A DNA stretch of 63,708 nt, the filler included, from Jimgerdemannia flammicorona (taxonomy: Eukaryota), in the NCBI GenBank assembly GCA_003990765.1. It is 2 parts of 2 records of this genome, joined end to end, with 100 filler letters (N's around TTAATTAATTAA, not from the genome) between each part and the next. Parts side by side here need not be neighbours in the genome. Positions count along the whole stretch, not along the records: positions 1 to 31,811 come from RBNJ01000378.1; 1 more part is not named here. One strand, given 5' to 3'. Each line of letters begins with the position of its first letter. Within the stretch, counting starts at the first letter, position 1. The position numbers and the translations under genes are program-made. Shown here piece by piece: positions 1 to 12,153 of this stretch. The notes below the pieces were generated by a model that was not told the DNA's origin, did not search any database, and was given only the letters and a program-made list of their open reading frames with translations.

Positions 1-290
1 TGATGCGGCAGGAAAGAACAAAGAAAAAGAACAAAGAAAAGAGAGGGAACAAAAGGAAAGGGTGATGTCACCAAAGTGTGGCAGGAAAAAAAAACAAGAG
101 CGAAATGAACAAAAGAAAGGGTGACGTCACCAAAGATTTCAATCCGAATGGATCAATCCAGATGGGTCAATCCGGATGGGTCAATCCGGATGGATCAGAT
201 CACGAGACCAATCCGAGTTGATTCGAATCCATCACATGACGAATCTGAATCGAATCTCATCCGGATCAACTCCATTCGTTCGGAGCACTA
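1..290. mobile_element. Right end of a hAT-family element (left end outside window), inserted in Gypsy-A1
   Basis: Ends GTTCGGAGCACTA (278-290), the reverse complement of the TIR TAGTGCTCCGAAC at 3197; subterminal ATCCGG/GAATC repeats; Gypsy-A sequence resumes at 291. Confidence 0.8.
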
Positions 291-1544
291 TCAGTAGTGA
301 AGAATTTACCACAGAAGAAGAGGAAGAATCTGAAGATGGAAATAATCCCAGACTCAATCTCTGAATCAATCTGGTGGATGACCAACCAGAAGACAATGTG
401 TGGGCCAAGAACACTATCCCTATTACCATTGGAGCTATTGCAGGAGAAGCCAAAGGATGCCCTATATACCTCAAGAGATACAAGTGTCCCAAGTACTCCT
501 CCAAGATCATAGGAACAAGGAAATCACCTGGCACAGCCTGCCCAGAGTGTAGAAGGAAGAAGAAGAAATGCAGACATATTCCAGAAACACCTGCAGCTGA
601 AGCTACAGAAGTACAAGCAATTTGGGATCAAGAATCATCTGAGGAAGAAGAAACTTCTGACCAAGAAGTTCCTGAACAAGAAGCACCTGATGAAGAAGAG
701 GTCCTCAAACTCACTCCCTGGGATGACCCTCACTGGACACCACCTGAAGACAATGACCCTTAGAATACAGAAGAAGCACCCAGTATAATCACCATTATCT
801 CCAAGAAAGAAACCCACCAAGAGAAAGCTTTTCAGCTAGGAAGATGTTCACACCAAATGGTCTTCTACTCTCCCTGAGACTACTACTATCAGTGTCATCT
901 ATTAGACCAATAAGAAAGACAGAGACCCCAGAGACCAGAACCCCCAACTACTCTTGCACAGTCCACCACCTTTCAAGAAGTCACCACAAGGTTACAAAGT
1001 CAATTTAGAGGACAAGACTTCTTCACCTGAACAGAAATATACCCCTTGTCTACTCTTCCCCCAATCTATGATCAAGATGGGTACCAATTCCCAAGACAAC
1101 AAGAGATAAATAGCCAGGAATATCATTTTTGGGCAATGGGATATTGTAACCATGAGAGATACCCTGATTGCCGAGACTGCAGACATCAGAAGATTTACCT
1201 CAGTCATGATGTTGCAGTGCATACTTTGAAGAAAGGAGATAACTGAAGCCAGTTTTGAAAAAGCCAGACCAAGAAGCCTGGAAAAAGAATCCTCAAGATC
1301 TATAATTTGGGAGAAGACATCCTAGCTGTTATCAGACATGCAACTCACTAAGGATGGGCAGAAGATGCTGACCAACTTCATGGAAGCCCTTGACCCTACA
1401 GAAAGGAGGAGAATCAACTACCTCCAAGACCCCTCTACTGGAGCCAGATGGCCACACCTCAACCTTAGAGCTTGGAGGCTTTTCACTAGTGGAGCTTCAG
1501 CCTTAGGAAAGTCTGAACTCAGCAAGAATATTGCCCAGTATGCC

Positions 1545-1940
1545 CTGCTGCACCCCAAGACCAAACCCCTGACCAAAGCCTACCCAGAAGATATAGGATA
1601 TGATCTTCACAGCCTGGAGGATAAATCTATCAAGCCTGGAAAAACCTTCATGGTCAGAACTGGAATAGCCATACAGCCACCCCAAGAAGCTTATATTCAA
1701 CTGACCTCAAGGTCTGAACTTGCCAGATAAAGGATAACTGTAGAAGGAGGAACCATTGACCTTGGATATATAGGCAAAATCAAGATTATCCTATACAACA
1801 GCAGTATAGAATGGTATCAAATCATTAGAGGACAGAAGATTGCCCAAGCAGTCTTCATGAAGATCAAGACACCACAGCAACAGGAAGTCTCTGAACTAAC
1901 TGAAGGAACAAGACAAGCTAAGGGATTTGGAAGTTCAGAT
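1545..1940 (+). pseudogene. dut: dUTPase domain of Gypsy-A1, upstream of RT
   Basis: Trimeric dUTPase motifs IGYDL, SRSEL (SRSGL in A2), GTIDLGYIG, KIAQ, RQAKGFGS. Confidence 0.9.
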
Positions 1941-3196
1941 AGGAAGGAGGAACATCTCCTTCAAGTCAACCACCTCAAGAGGAATATTCTCCAGCAAGTG
2001 TACTGGCAACCAGTCAGACTGCACAAGAATCTCATTCTGGAGTCTGGAGAACAAACCACCTTCGAAATCTTTGCACCACCTGACCCCAGAAACCTTTTCT
2101 TTGAACCCAAGGAAGATATCCCACATTTGGACATAGAGGGACACACATTCTCTGACAAGATGAACCCAGTACACTCCTGAGCAACCAACCAAAGTTAGGA
2201 GACCATCATCTTGCCAAAAGGAACTATCATAGGATATCTGGTGCCTTTTCTCAACCGAACTTATAGGGAAGTTTATGAACTAAACCTATCAGAAAATGAC
2301 AAAAGGTCCTAGAAGAAAGGAAAGGCCCCTCTGTGACCCAGGAGATAGTGAAGCCTTCCACCAATATTGGAGAAGAATTGATACCCCAACAACAGCAATA
2401 ACTAGTAGAACTTCTCAACAAATATCAAGATATCTTCACTACTGATTATGGCAACCTACCATACAATCCATCATACCACCACAGCATAAATATAGAAAAT
2501 GCAACACCCATCTGGCAGAAACCCTATAGAATACCTCATTATCTAAAAACATTTGAAAAAGAGCACATCCAAGAACTCTTAGACAATAGAGTCATCTAAT
2601 CCTCTACTAGCCCCTGAGCTAGCCCTATACTTATTGTACCAAAGAAAGGAGGATGGAGACTCTGCATGGATTACAGGAAACTCAATTCAGTCACTGAAAA
2701 GGATATCTATCCTGTGCCCAGAATCAATGACCTCTTGGATCAGTTACAAGATACCAGATACTTCAGCAGTATGGACCTCTTCACAGAATTCCATGAGATC
2801 CCCATGAACCCCAAGGACATTCAAAAGACAACCTTCCTTGCTCTAGGAAAACTGTTTGAGTACCTCCAAATACCCTTTGGACTTTGCAATGTACCTCTCA
2901 CCTTCCAGAGGATGATGAATTCATAATTGTATACATGGATGATTCCAACATCTACTCAGCAAATTTCGAAGAACACCTATACCACCTAGAGGAATTCTTC
3001 AAACTCACCTGCAAGAACTACTTGAGACTGAATACAAAGAAATGCTACTTTGGAAAACAGAAACTTGAATTCCTTGGATTCATAGTTTTGAAAGAAGAAA
3101 CTCATGCAGACCCAAAGAAAACCGAAAAGATCAACAATTGGCCAGTACCCAAAACCCTGAAGGAGATATTATCATTTCTGATGCTAGTATCCTACT

Positions 3197-3832
3197 TAGT
3201 GCTCCGAACAAGTCAATCCGGATGGGATTCGGATGGATTCGAATCCCATCCAGATGGATTCGAATCGGATTCGAATCGGATTCGAATCAACCATTGTTTT
3301 GATTTCCAAATTAGACAATTAAATGTTTACATCAATAACTTGATGAATAATCATCCAAATTTGATGATCTTGGTGTCATTTGAAAGCCCTTAATAAGGCC
3401 TTTCAAATGATACAAAGAACATTAAAATCGGATTATGTGTTGCCGAGATATTAAGGAAAACGTTCCATTTGACGAAATTTCCAAAATCGGCAAATCAAAG
3501 AATTTCCAAAATCGGCGATTCAGATGTTTTCCTTCATAACTCAGCAACACTTGTTCCGATTTCAATGTTCTTGGTATCATTAGATAGGCCTTATTAAGGG
3601 CTTTCAAATGACACCAAGATCATCAAATTTGGATGATTATTCATCAAGTTATTGATATAAACATTTAATTGTTTAATTTGGAAATCAAAACAATGGTTGA
3701 TTCGAATCCGATTCGAATCCGATTCGAATCCATCCGGATGGGATTCGAATCCCATCCGAGTTGATCCGGATGGGATTCAATCCAAATCAATCCGAATCCA
3801 ATCCAGATTAAATTGACTCATTAGGAGCACTA
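3197..3832. mobile_element. hAT-type MITE/foldback element, 636 bp
   Basis: TIRs TAGTGCTCCGAA / TTAGGAGCACTA; 8-bp TSD ATCCTACT (3189-3196) / ATCCTATT (3833-3840); empty site visible in A2 near 62544; long internal inverted repeat. Confidence 0.93.
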
Positions 3833-5435
3833 ATCCTATTACAGAAGATTTATCAAGAACTTTGCTCAAATTGCTGCCCCAATCTGGATCCTTCTCAAGA
3901 AAAGAGTGCCATTCAAATGGACAGAATCACAAGGAAAAGCCTTCAAAGAACTCAAAAACCACATGACTACAGCACCAATCCTTGTATGTCCCAATCTATA
4001 GAAGCCATTCATCTTGTATACAGATGCCTCTAAAGATGGCCTCAGAGCAGTTCTAGCCCAAGAAGGACCCAATCAACAGCATCATATGATAGCTTATGCA
4101 AGCAGAGCTACCAATCAGCAGCAGATGAACTATGGTAGCACCAAACTAGAATGCCTTGTAGTCATATGGGCAGTCACCCTGTTCAAGCATTACCTCATTG
4201 GAAAAAGGTTTACCCTGATTACAGACAATGTAGCCCTCAAATGGTTATTCAACTCTAAGGAACCCACCAGAATCTTGGCCTGCTGGATTCTTATCCTTCA
4301 GGATTACAAAATCACCATTATCCACAAAGCAGGGAAAGCTCACAACAATATTGATGTACTTTTCCACCAGTCCCAATGAACCAGAAGAAGGGTGTCCTGA
4401 GGAACTACACCCTAAAGGAAGCTCCTCAGACCATTGAGGGACAAGAAGATCTCATCCATAAAGAACATCAGAAAGCCTATCAAGGATAGACAAGTACAGA
4501 AGACAAGATTTGAAAACTGTATCAACACTGGCCTCACCTCAGAACTCAAGTCCAAGACATCATTCAGAAATATGACACTTACCAGAAGTATCAAGAAAAG
4601 AACTATCAAGCCTCTTTGCAATTGATTCCCCCACCCACTCATATCTTTCAGAGATGGGGAGTAGATGTAATTGGACCTCTACCAGTTACATCAAGAAGAA
4701 ATAAATATATTCTTATATTTGTAGAACATCTGACCACGTGGCCTGAGACTTTCCCAATAGAAATCACAGATATCTTAACTATTGTAGGCCTCCTTCATGG
4801 ACTCACACTCAGATATGGACTCCTAGAAGAACTCATCTCTGACTGAGGCACAGAATTCATCAATAACATGATCACAAGTTATGCCCAAATTCACAAGATC
4901 CACCTTAAAAGAACTATATCATACTACCCCCAGACCAATGGTATAACAGAGAGAATGAATCAGACCATCAAGAAAGGACTTGCCCAAGTCAATCCTACTA
5001 ATTGGGACCTCTGCTTACCTGAGATCCTATGGGAAATTTGGAACACCTCTACTGTCTCTACCAAACAAAAGCCATTTGAAATGATGTTTGCCAAGAGAAC
5101 CAGAACTGCTGACCATAAGAATCTTGGAGACCTCCTCAAGAAGACAGAACAGTTATATAATCAAGCCTGAGAACAGATTATCAAAGTCCAAGAAAGACAA
5201 AAGAAGTATTATAATCAAAAACAGAAGGATCAGGAGATCAAGATTGGAGATCAAGTACTAGTTTGGAGAAGCATGATTGAAATGAATTTTGCTGCCAAAC
5301 TGGAACCCAAATGGGAAGGATCTTATCTTGTACACAATATCAGAGGAACTAGCATCTATTTAAGAAGCATGGATAGATGAACCCTGAGAACACCAGTCAC
5401 ATCAATTACCTCAAACTATATTTCCCCTCTACACT

Positions 5436-5951
5436 ATGAGCCAAAGAATTGATCAGTGCCACCAGACATTAGTCCTCAGCTCCTTCCAAGCCCTACCAGT
5501 CCCTCTACCCCAATTCAGCCAAGCTAATGGAAGCCCCCTTCAGAGGATCCAAGCTCATCAAGAAAATCTCACCCTGGCCAGATGCCTACTATAAGTCCAC
5601 CAACTGCAGGCCTATTATGCAATTAGTGAACAATTGCAGAACCTCCCAGCCCCAGAGCAGACCTACATCAGAAACACCACAGGTCTGACCAGAAGAGACA
5701 CTACTGCTGCAGACAGACTATATATTATTTACAAATGAAATATCACAGCCCTGATATAGACACAATTCTCCCTGAATAACATCCAAGGAATGAACCCTAT
5801 TACCTATTTGAGCATCATCAACTCTGTCAAAATCCTATTCTCTGAAGAAGAGGAAGAGCCTATAGAATAGAGTGACCCTAGTATAGATAATGAAGATGAT
5901 GGAACAGGTATAGATACAGAAGCAGCCTATGATTATTGGGATGATGACTGA
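5436..5951 (+). pseudogene. Accessory 3' ORF (ORF3) of Gypsy-A, ~171 aa, function unknown
   Basis: ATG at 5436 to TGA at 5951 in one frame with four internal TAA/TGA/TAG stops; reads MSQRIDQC...LQAYYAISEQL...AADRLYIIY...acidic tail; lies between integrase and PPT. Confidence 0.65.
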
Positions 5952-5978
5952 AGAATAGTCTGGGACAGACTACTCTTC

Positions 5979-5990
5979 AGTGGGGGCTGA
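5979..5990 (+). promoter_or_regulatory. Polypurine tract of Gypsy-A1
   Basis: AGTGGGGGCTGA directly before the LTR start TGT. Confidence 0.65.
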
Positions 5991-7220
5991 TGTGACAAAC
6001 CAAAATATACCACCTGAATTATACCTTAACCAGATGATGCAAACAATTAGCCAAGATGATATAAATATACAGTATAGTAACCAGCAACCATTGCTGTGTA
6101 AAATTGTATAAATAACCAGACATACCAGAAAGAGTCTGTTTATCTGTACAGACTCTATACACTATACAGGTCCTGTATATCATACAGACTCTGTACACTT
6201 GCCATAAGTAGCAGATCTATAGTTAGCCACATAGTAACCAGATAGCAACCAATTTATATAAATTACTCCAGAGACAAGAGTGAATAAACCTCAGTTCAAA
6301 ATTGAATCCAAAAGCAAAAGTCAAGTCTGCCTACCATACTTTAAGAGGAACTCTACAGCCACTGTTAGGAGATTGTGAGCATTGGTCCCCTTTTCTACTC
6401 CAGTCCACTTTCTGATATAAAGCCTGAAGATTTGCCACCCAAGTTCAAGGAAGAACTTTGCTGCCATTTCCAAGAAGACCACCATTTTCAAGTTATTCAC
6501 TGTATTCCCAGAGAACTCACCTTCCTTGCCACAAGCCAGTCTTTCTGATGCAACTTCGCAGTGGAGCCAGTCTATAATGTAACCCTGTGCAAATAAAGCC
6601 AGTCTTTGATGTAACTTGCCAAGAATCCAAGTAGTATTCCCAGTTGAAGCCAATTCAGGAAGAATCCATAACATCTGAGTTATCCAAATTATCTACACTA
6701 TCTGAAGTTATCCATTGTTCCCAGTGAGCCTGAGTTATTAAGATATCTACCACCAGTATAATCCCCAGTAAGAAGAATCTGCAACATTTAAGAAGCCCAC
6801 CATTTTTGGAGAACTTGTATCAAATCAAGAAGTCTGCCAAAATCATCCTGCTAGAAATTGCATACTTTTGGAAATCATCACACTATATAGAGATCGTCAT
6901 GCCGAGATCACTACCACCCAAGAAGGAGAACCACTAAAATTGTCAGATCGTCACACATAGAGATCGTTGCACTATATACAAAATTCTACCATTCCCAGTT
7001 AACCTAAGAAGGAAAGATACAAATCACTACTACACCTAGAGAACCATCCCAATAAGGAAACTACTTGCAGATATCCAGCTTGACTATTATACTACTAAAC
7101 ACCAAAGACCTCAGGAATCTTAGAACATTTTGTTGCTTTTGACAAAGTAACTAGGGGCTCAAGCAAAACTACATCAACCCCCAACCTTATAATTTGCCTC
7201 CATTGAGCTGGCACATTACA
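5991..7220 (+). repeat. 3' LTR of Gypsy-A1 (~1.23 kb)
   Basis: TGTGA...TTACA termini; homologous to 55985-57122; TATATAAA 6255-6262 and AATAAA 6283-6288. Confidence 0.88.
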
Positions 7221-9345
7221 GTAGTATAAGTTGAAATAGTCAGATTGGAATTCTAGTTGGAGTTAGTAAGAGTGAGCTGATAGATGAGAACTCTTATGAT
7301 AGTCAGCTAATGTGAGAGAGATTGCAGGGAGGAGTAGGTGATGACTAATAGTAGGATCTATTTATCTATCAGTAGTTGGCAGAGAATGAAAGCAATAAGT
7401 AGAGAAGTAGTTGATATTGGATGATTGGGAGACTGTTGGGTTGGACATTTTGGAGGTGGATTTTAATATGATATATAATAGAGCTCTGGACCAATCTGAT
7501 GTTGGAGTTGGGGTAGTAGCCTCTCAGGGCCTTTTTCAGTAGCTATAGATTGAGAAGATTATGGGGCTGATAGATAATATTCAATTGTGGGTTGGTGATA
7601 GGTCTAGATCCTTTACAAGGCGACATCTGGCTGATGGTAGGCCAGTTGGAATGAGAATTGACTGAGTGCTAGTGACTAAGTATTGGGGAATATGCTAAAT
7701 ATTACAGATATACAGTAGTATCTCTAGTCTGATCATTAGAGAGTAGAGGTATGTGAGAGGTTCCAGACTACTCATAGTGGAGGGGGAGGGAACTGATATC
7801 TCAATATGGCCTTGCTTAGAAGGCAGATAGAGAGAGAATATTTTGTAGTTTTAGCTAGATGGAAAGTATCATAATAGAAGGATAGTGGGCTGATATTAGA
7901 GAGATAGTAGAGAAAGAATAGAGAGATAAGGAGAGAAGAGTTAAGAAGGGTTTGTAGTGAAGGTTATAGTTATTGAAGGAGAAGATACTGATGAGAGAGA
8001 CACATTATTGGCTAGCTGAGGAGATGATAGAGCTGTAGTCAGATCTGAGAGCTGTAGAGGACTATATAGTAGATAGACTTCTGGCCTGGCTATGGGCCCA
8101 GTAGCTGGAGGAAGGAGAGTGACTGACTAAGTATCTATTCAGTATTTTAAGAGCCAGGAGGGTGAGATATAGCTGAGCATCTGTACTGAGAGAGAATGAC
8201 ATAGAGGTCTTTGATATTGCTGATATACTTACAGAAGTTTCTAAGTAATAGCAGGGCCTCTGACATAATGAGAGTGGGGAGGAGGACAGTGGAGTTTGAA
8301 CATTGTGAATACTCCTTTAGTGTGAGGCTGACTAGTAGTAGCTTTACCAGAGATGGGTGCTTCTATAATGAGTAGAGTATCTCTGGAAGAGATGTTGGGG
8401 GTAATGCAGAGAGTATTGGGTAGATCTTTGCCTGGGGATTATGGACTACCTTGGGAGTTCTGGAAGAAATTTCAAGCTGAGTTTGGTGTCTGGCTTGTTG
8501 AGATAGTGAATTATATACTGAATGAGAGTAGCTGGATTGAGAATGGTTCATTAGAGTTAGTATCTCTGTTATATAAAGAGAAGGGTAACAGGAAGATATG
8601 ACAGAACTAGAGACCAATTATATTGTTAGATATAGATAGGAAATTGGTCTCAAAGATCTTAGCAGAGAGGATGTAGTAGTAGATTGATAGACTGATGGGT
8701 AAGGAGCAGAGAGGTTTTGTGAAGAGAAGGCAGATCAGGGACAGTACTTCTTGGATGCAGAATGTCTTGAAAGGTTGTAGAAGCTACCAGGTTAATGAGA
8801 GGATGGTCTTTCTAGATCAAGAGAAGGTATATAATAGGGTGCAGTAGAACTATTTAGAAGCAGTACTGCAGAAGGCCAGATTTGGTATTGGGGAGTCTAA
8901 GAGGTTTATGGACTGATGCATAGATATCAAGCAGTAGTTCTGATAAATAGTTGGTATAGTCTAGAGTTTGCTTTGGATAGAGATGTTTCTTAGGGAGATC
9001 TGCTTTCTTCCCTCCTCTATATACTTTCCTTAGAGCTAGTATTAGTATAGCAGAAGGGATAGTTGACTAAACTGTAAATAAGAGATATGGTTTGGAAGTT
9101 GGGGGTCTTCACAGATGATAGTAGTGGGGTTAGGTTGTAAGAGAGATATAGATCTTGGCAGGAAGGAATTGGGCAGTATGAGAGGCTGGCTGGGGCAAAG
9201 TTAAATTGAGAAAAGTGTAAAACTCTGGAGATTGGTACTGGTTTAGAGATGGAAGACAGATTGGGGTGAGTTGTACCTACTGGTGAGACTGTTCAGTATT
9301 TAGAAATTTAGTTCTCCATATATGGGACAAAGGATTAGTGGCATG
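7221..9345 (+). mobile_element. Heavily decayed L1/Tx1-like LINE (family X), ORF2 EN-RT fragment
   Basis: GGGFN/SDH-like EN remnants, PGDYGLPWEFWK, LDQEK; colinear with ~28260-30440; starts at the A1 LTR end, suggesting A1 inserted into it. Confidence 0.88.
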
Positions 9346-11900
9346 ACTACCTTTCTCTGGTACAATTTGCATTATACAAACTTCAAGCAATAACTTTTGA
9401 TATAACTCAGAGAAAAGGTACTAGTAATATATTATTAAGCAAGAGTTCTGATGAGCATGCTAGGTCAGATAGACCTGGGGCATTTAGCTGATAGTATGTG
9501 GGGAAAAGCTATAGCCTAAAGATGGGTGCTTTTGAAAGTGTGAATAGTGAAGAAGAATCTGGAGAGAGACTGGTGTTAGGTAGAAATAAGAGAAGGTCAG
9601 GGCCTCCAAGTTTTGCTGACAAGGTAAAGAAGATTAGATGGCTAGTGAGTACTCAGACTGGTATAGCTAAAGGGAAAGACAAGGCTAACCTAGGGAGGGC
9701 AGGGGGCCCTATGCTCAGAAGAGTGAGTGTAGAGGTAGGAGAGACTGTGGCTGAGGGCAGTAGTATGACTATTAATAGAGGTATGATGGAGAATCTAAGA
9801 AAAAAAAGAGATGTGAGAGCTGATGAGAAAGCTATGCAGGGGGACCAACAGGGGTAGAGGGATCTGGCTGATACATAGTATAACAGGTCTGGTGGTGGCT
9901 TCATTACTTAAGAAATCAATCTTAGAGTTTATAGTCACATTGTACTTCTGGGGCTTAGCAGTGATAGAAAAGATAGTACTGGGGCTGATCTCAAAGCAGA
10001 TGGCTGGAGCTATCTCAGTGAAGTTCCTGAAGAGGCTTGAGGGGGTTGAGGTGGGCTTTGAGAAGACTGCCCCCTTAGAGGAGGTGTTGAAGGCTATATT
10101 GACTATGAGAGAGGTGGTGGTCTCAATGACTTACTGTCTGAGATAGGACCCCAGAGTAGTCTAGCTATTAGTGAAGAGAGTACCTATAGTGACAATAGTT
10201 GAAACAAGAAGGAGGATGGAGGAAGTTATAGCTAAATATAGTAAGATAATTGATATTGGTTTTCAGGTCTAGGAGAGGACTTTGTTCTGAATAGGAGATA
10301 TGAATATCAGGCTTCAGCTGGCTGGAAAGAAGACTACAGAGAAGATGTAGGACTGACCCTCAGTATTAATATTGGAGAGCATTTATCTGTAAGGTAATTA
10401 GAGTAAAAGAGAGTATAGAGGAGGAGGAGGATCTGGTGAAGATACTGAAAGAGCTTAGTGAGGCAGTGAAGTGGTAGGCCAAGATATGGCAGACATATAT
10501 AGACTTAATGTACCTAGAGATAGTGGATGAAAAGTGTATTCAGATAGATAAGAGGCAGTGGGAGAGGACTCAGAGATATAAGCAACAGAAGGAGAAGATA
10601 TTACCCAGTTCTGATAAGGTCTCAGGGGGTACTCAAGAGAGTATCTGGGCAGAGAATGATGTGGGGGGAGTGTGAAGACTATGGGTGAGAGTCAGGAGGT
10701 AAGGAATCAGGCTCTCTATGATGATGGTATACTAGAGATATGGAAGGAGAGCAGGGATATAAGAGAGCAGTCTGGAGTCATATAGCTGAAGATTGGTGAG
10801 GATATAGAGTTGTTGAAGACTCACTATGTTCAATTTAGAGTATCTAAGATAGCAAGTAGGGGCAGGTGATTGAGGTTAGAGAGGATGAGTTGGTAGATAT
10901 TCCTGAGAAGGAGTGGGATAAGTCTGCAAGTGTTGGGATAGATACTATAATATGTACTAGAAGACAGCAGACCAGTAACCTCTGAGAGAAAGGTGATTAT
11001 TGATCTGCAGTAAATGTACTAGGTGGTGAACAATCTGGTAGCTAAGGAGTTGGGGGATATAGACCTGCAAGTTATTAGCAAGGAGCACTGGATAAGAGTA
11101 CTATAAGGTGATGGTGTTGTGGAGGCTCTGGAGACTGAGGTGCTGGTGGTGTTTCTGGATGAGAAAGAATATAAAATAGATGAGATGAGAGAGGCTGAGT
11201 TAGTGGTGGCTACTAGGAAGTATTCAGTCTTCTGATAGAAACAGAGATATAAACTGGAGATTTAGCAAGAGGCTTGCTTGGAGTACTAGGAGGAGATGAA
11301 GGAGAAGGATGATATAGTAATGGCCAAGCTTTTGGTTGGACTGGAGGCTAAGCAGGTTGAGGGGAAGGATACTGCTACAGAATATAGATTGGACTTAACT
11401 AGAGAGGAGCTAAATATAGAACTATAAAGAGAATATATCTATTTCAATATTATTCTCTATAAATAGTACAACTAATATTTTTTCATTAAATGTGAATAGC
11501 TTGAGGGGTTCTGGGAGATGGTATAATATTTTCTTAGTTGAAGAGATTAGAAGCTGATCTCTTTCTTCTGTAAGATGTATATTATAAGAAAAATCCAGAT
11601 CAATAAGAGTGGACAAGAGAATGGAGAGGGGCTATAGTTTGAAATAGCAAGGTTGGGCTACTGATGCAGAAAGGGTGAGGTGAAATATATAAAAGTAGAA
11701 ATTGAAGGGATTGACTAGTTTGAGATAAATGGCATCAGCTAGAGTAAGAGCTAATTGTGATTAGATCTTATTACTATCCTGTAGTTAGAAGTAAGTATTT
11801 GGAGTAAATTGATGGTCTTTTGGATAATAGGGTCTTTATAAAGACAGAAGTGAATATATTTAGAAAAGACTTCAATATGGTTTATATAGTATAGTTGGAC
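9346..11900 (+). mobile_element. Heavily decayed LINE family Y: 5' UTR, ORF1 and start of endonuclease
   Basis: Colinear with the reverse complement of ~52640-55230 (LLKKSI...VKFLKRLEGVEVGFEK; NIFSLNVN). Confidence 0.85.
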
Positions 11901-11916
11901 AGAACAGCAGAGAAAG

Positions 11917-12153
11917 AAGACCTAGCAGAAGCCAGGGAAGCAAATCTAGAACTAGTATCAAAGTGAATGGAAGATATGTGGAAAGGTATGTATAAGGAGA
12001 ATGACAAAGAATATAATTGAAAATACATTTGCAAAGGAAGAAGACCCAGCAGGAGCCAGGGGAACAAACTCAGAACTAGTGTCAAAATGAACAGAAGATA
12101 TATAGAAAGACATATATAAGAGGAATGAATAAAGAATATAACTGAAAATACAT
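11917..12153. repeat. Two diverged tandem copies of a ~123-bp purine-rich unit
   Basis: GAAGACC(T/C)AGCAG(A/G)AGCCAGGG...AGAACTAGT...AAAGAATATAA(T/C)TGAAA at ~11917 and ~12040. Confidence 0.7.

Larger units (their letters stand above)
291..5435 (+). pseudogene. pol: Gypsy-A1 pol: Cys/His spacer-dUTPase-RT-RNase H-integrase, many stops, interrupted by MITE
   Basis: ORF fragments 374-763, 1338-1730, 1857-2180, 2666-2926, 2884-3196, 4014-4379, 4616-4846, 4868-5170; ~29-bp deletion before YMDD relative to A2. Confidence 0.92.
291..7220 (+). mobile_element. Ty3/Gypsy LTR retrotransposon family A, copy A1 (5' part outside window, decayed)
   Basis: dUTPase, RT (DYRKLN, YMDD), RNase H (YTDASK), integrase (GVDVIGPLP, YPQTNG) remnants, PPT and 3' LTR; colinear with 59620-63483. 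Confidence 0.95.

Noticed and set aside
3197..3393. Apparent novel C-terminus of the RT ORF 2884-3393
   Set aside because: Read-through into the MITE
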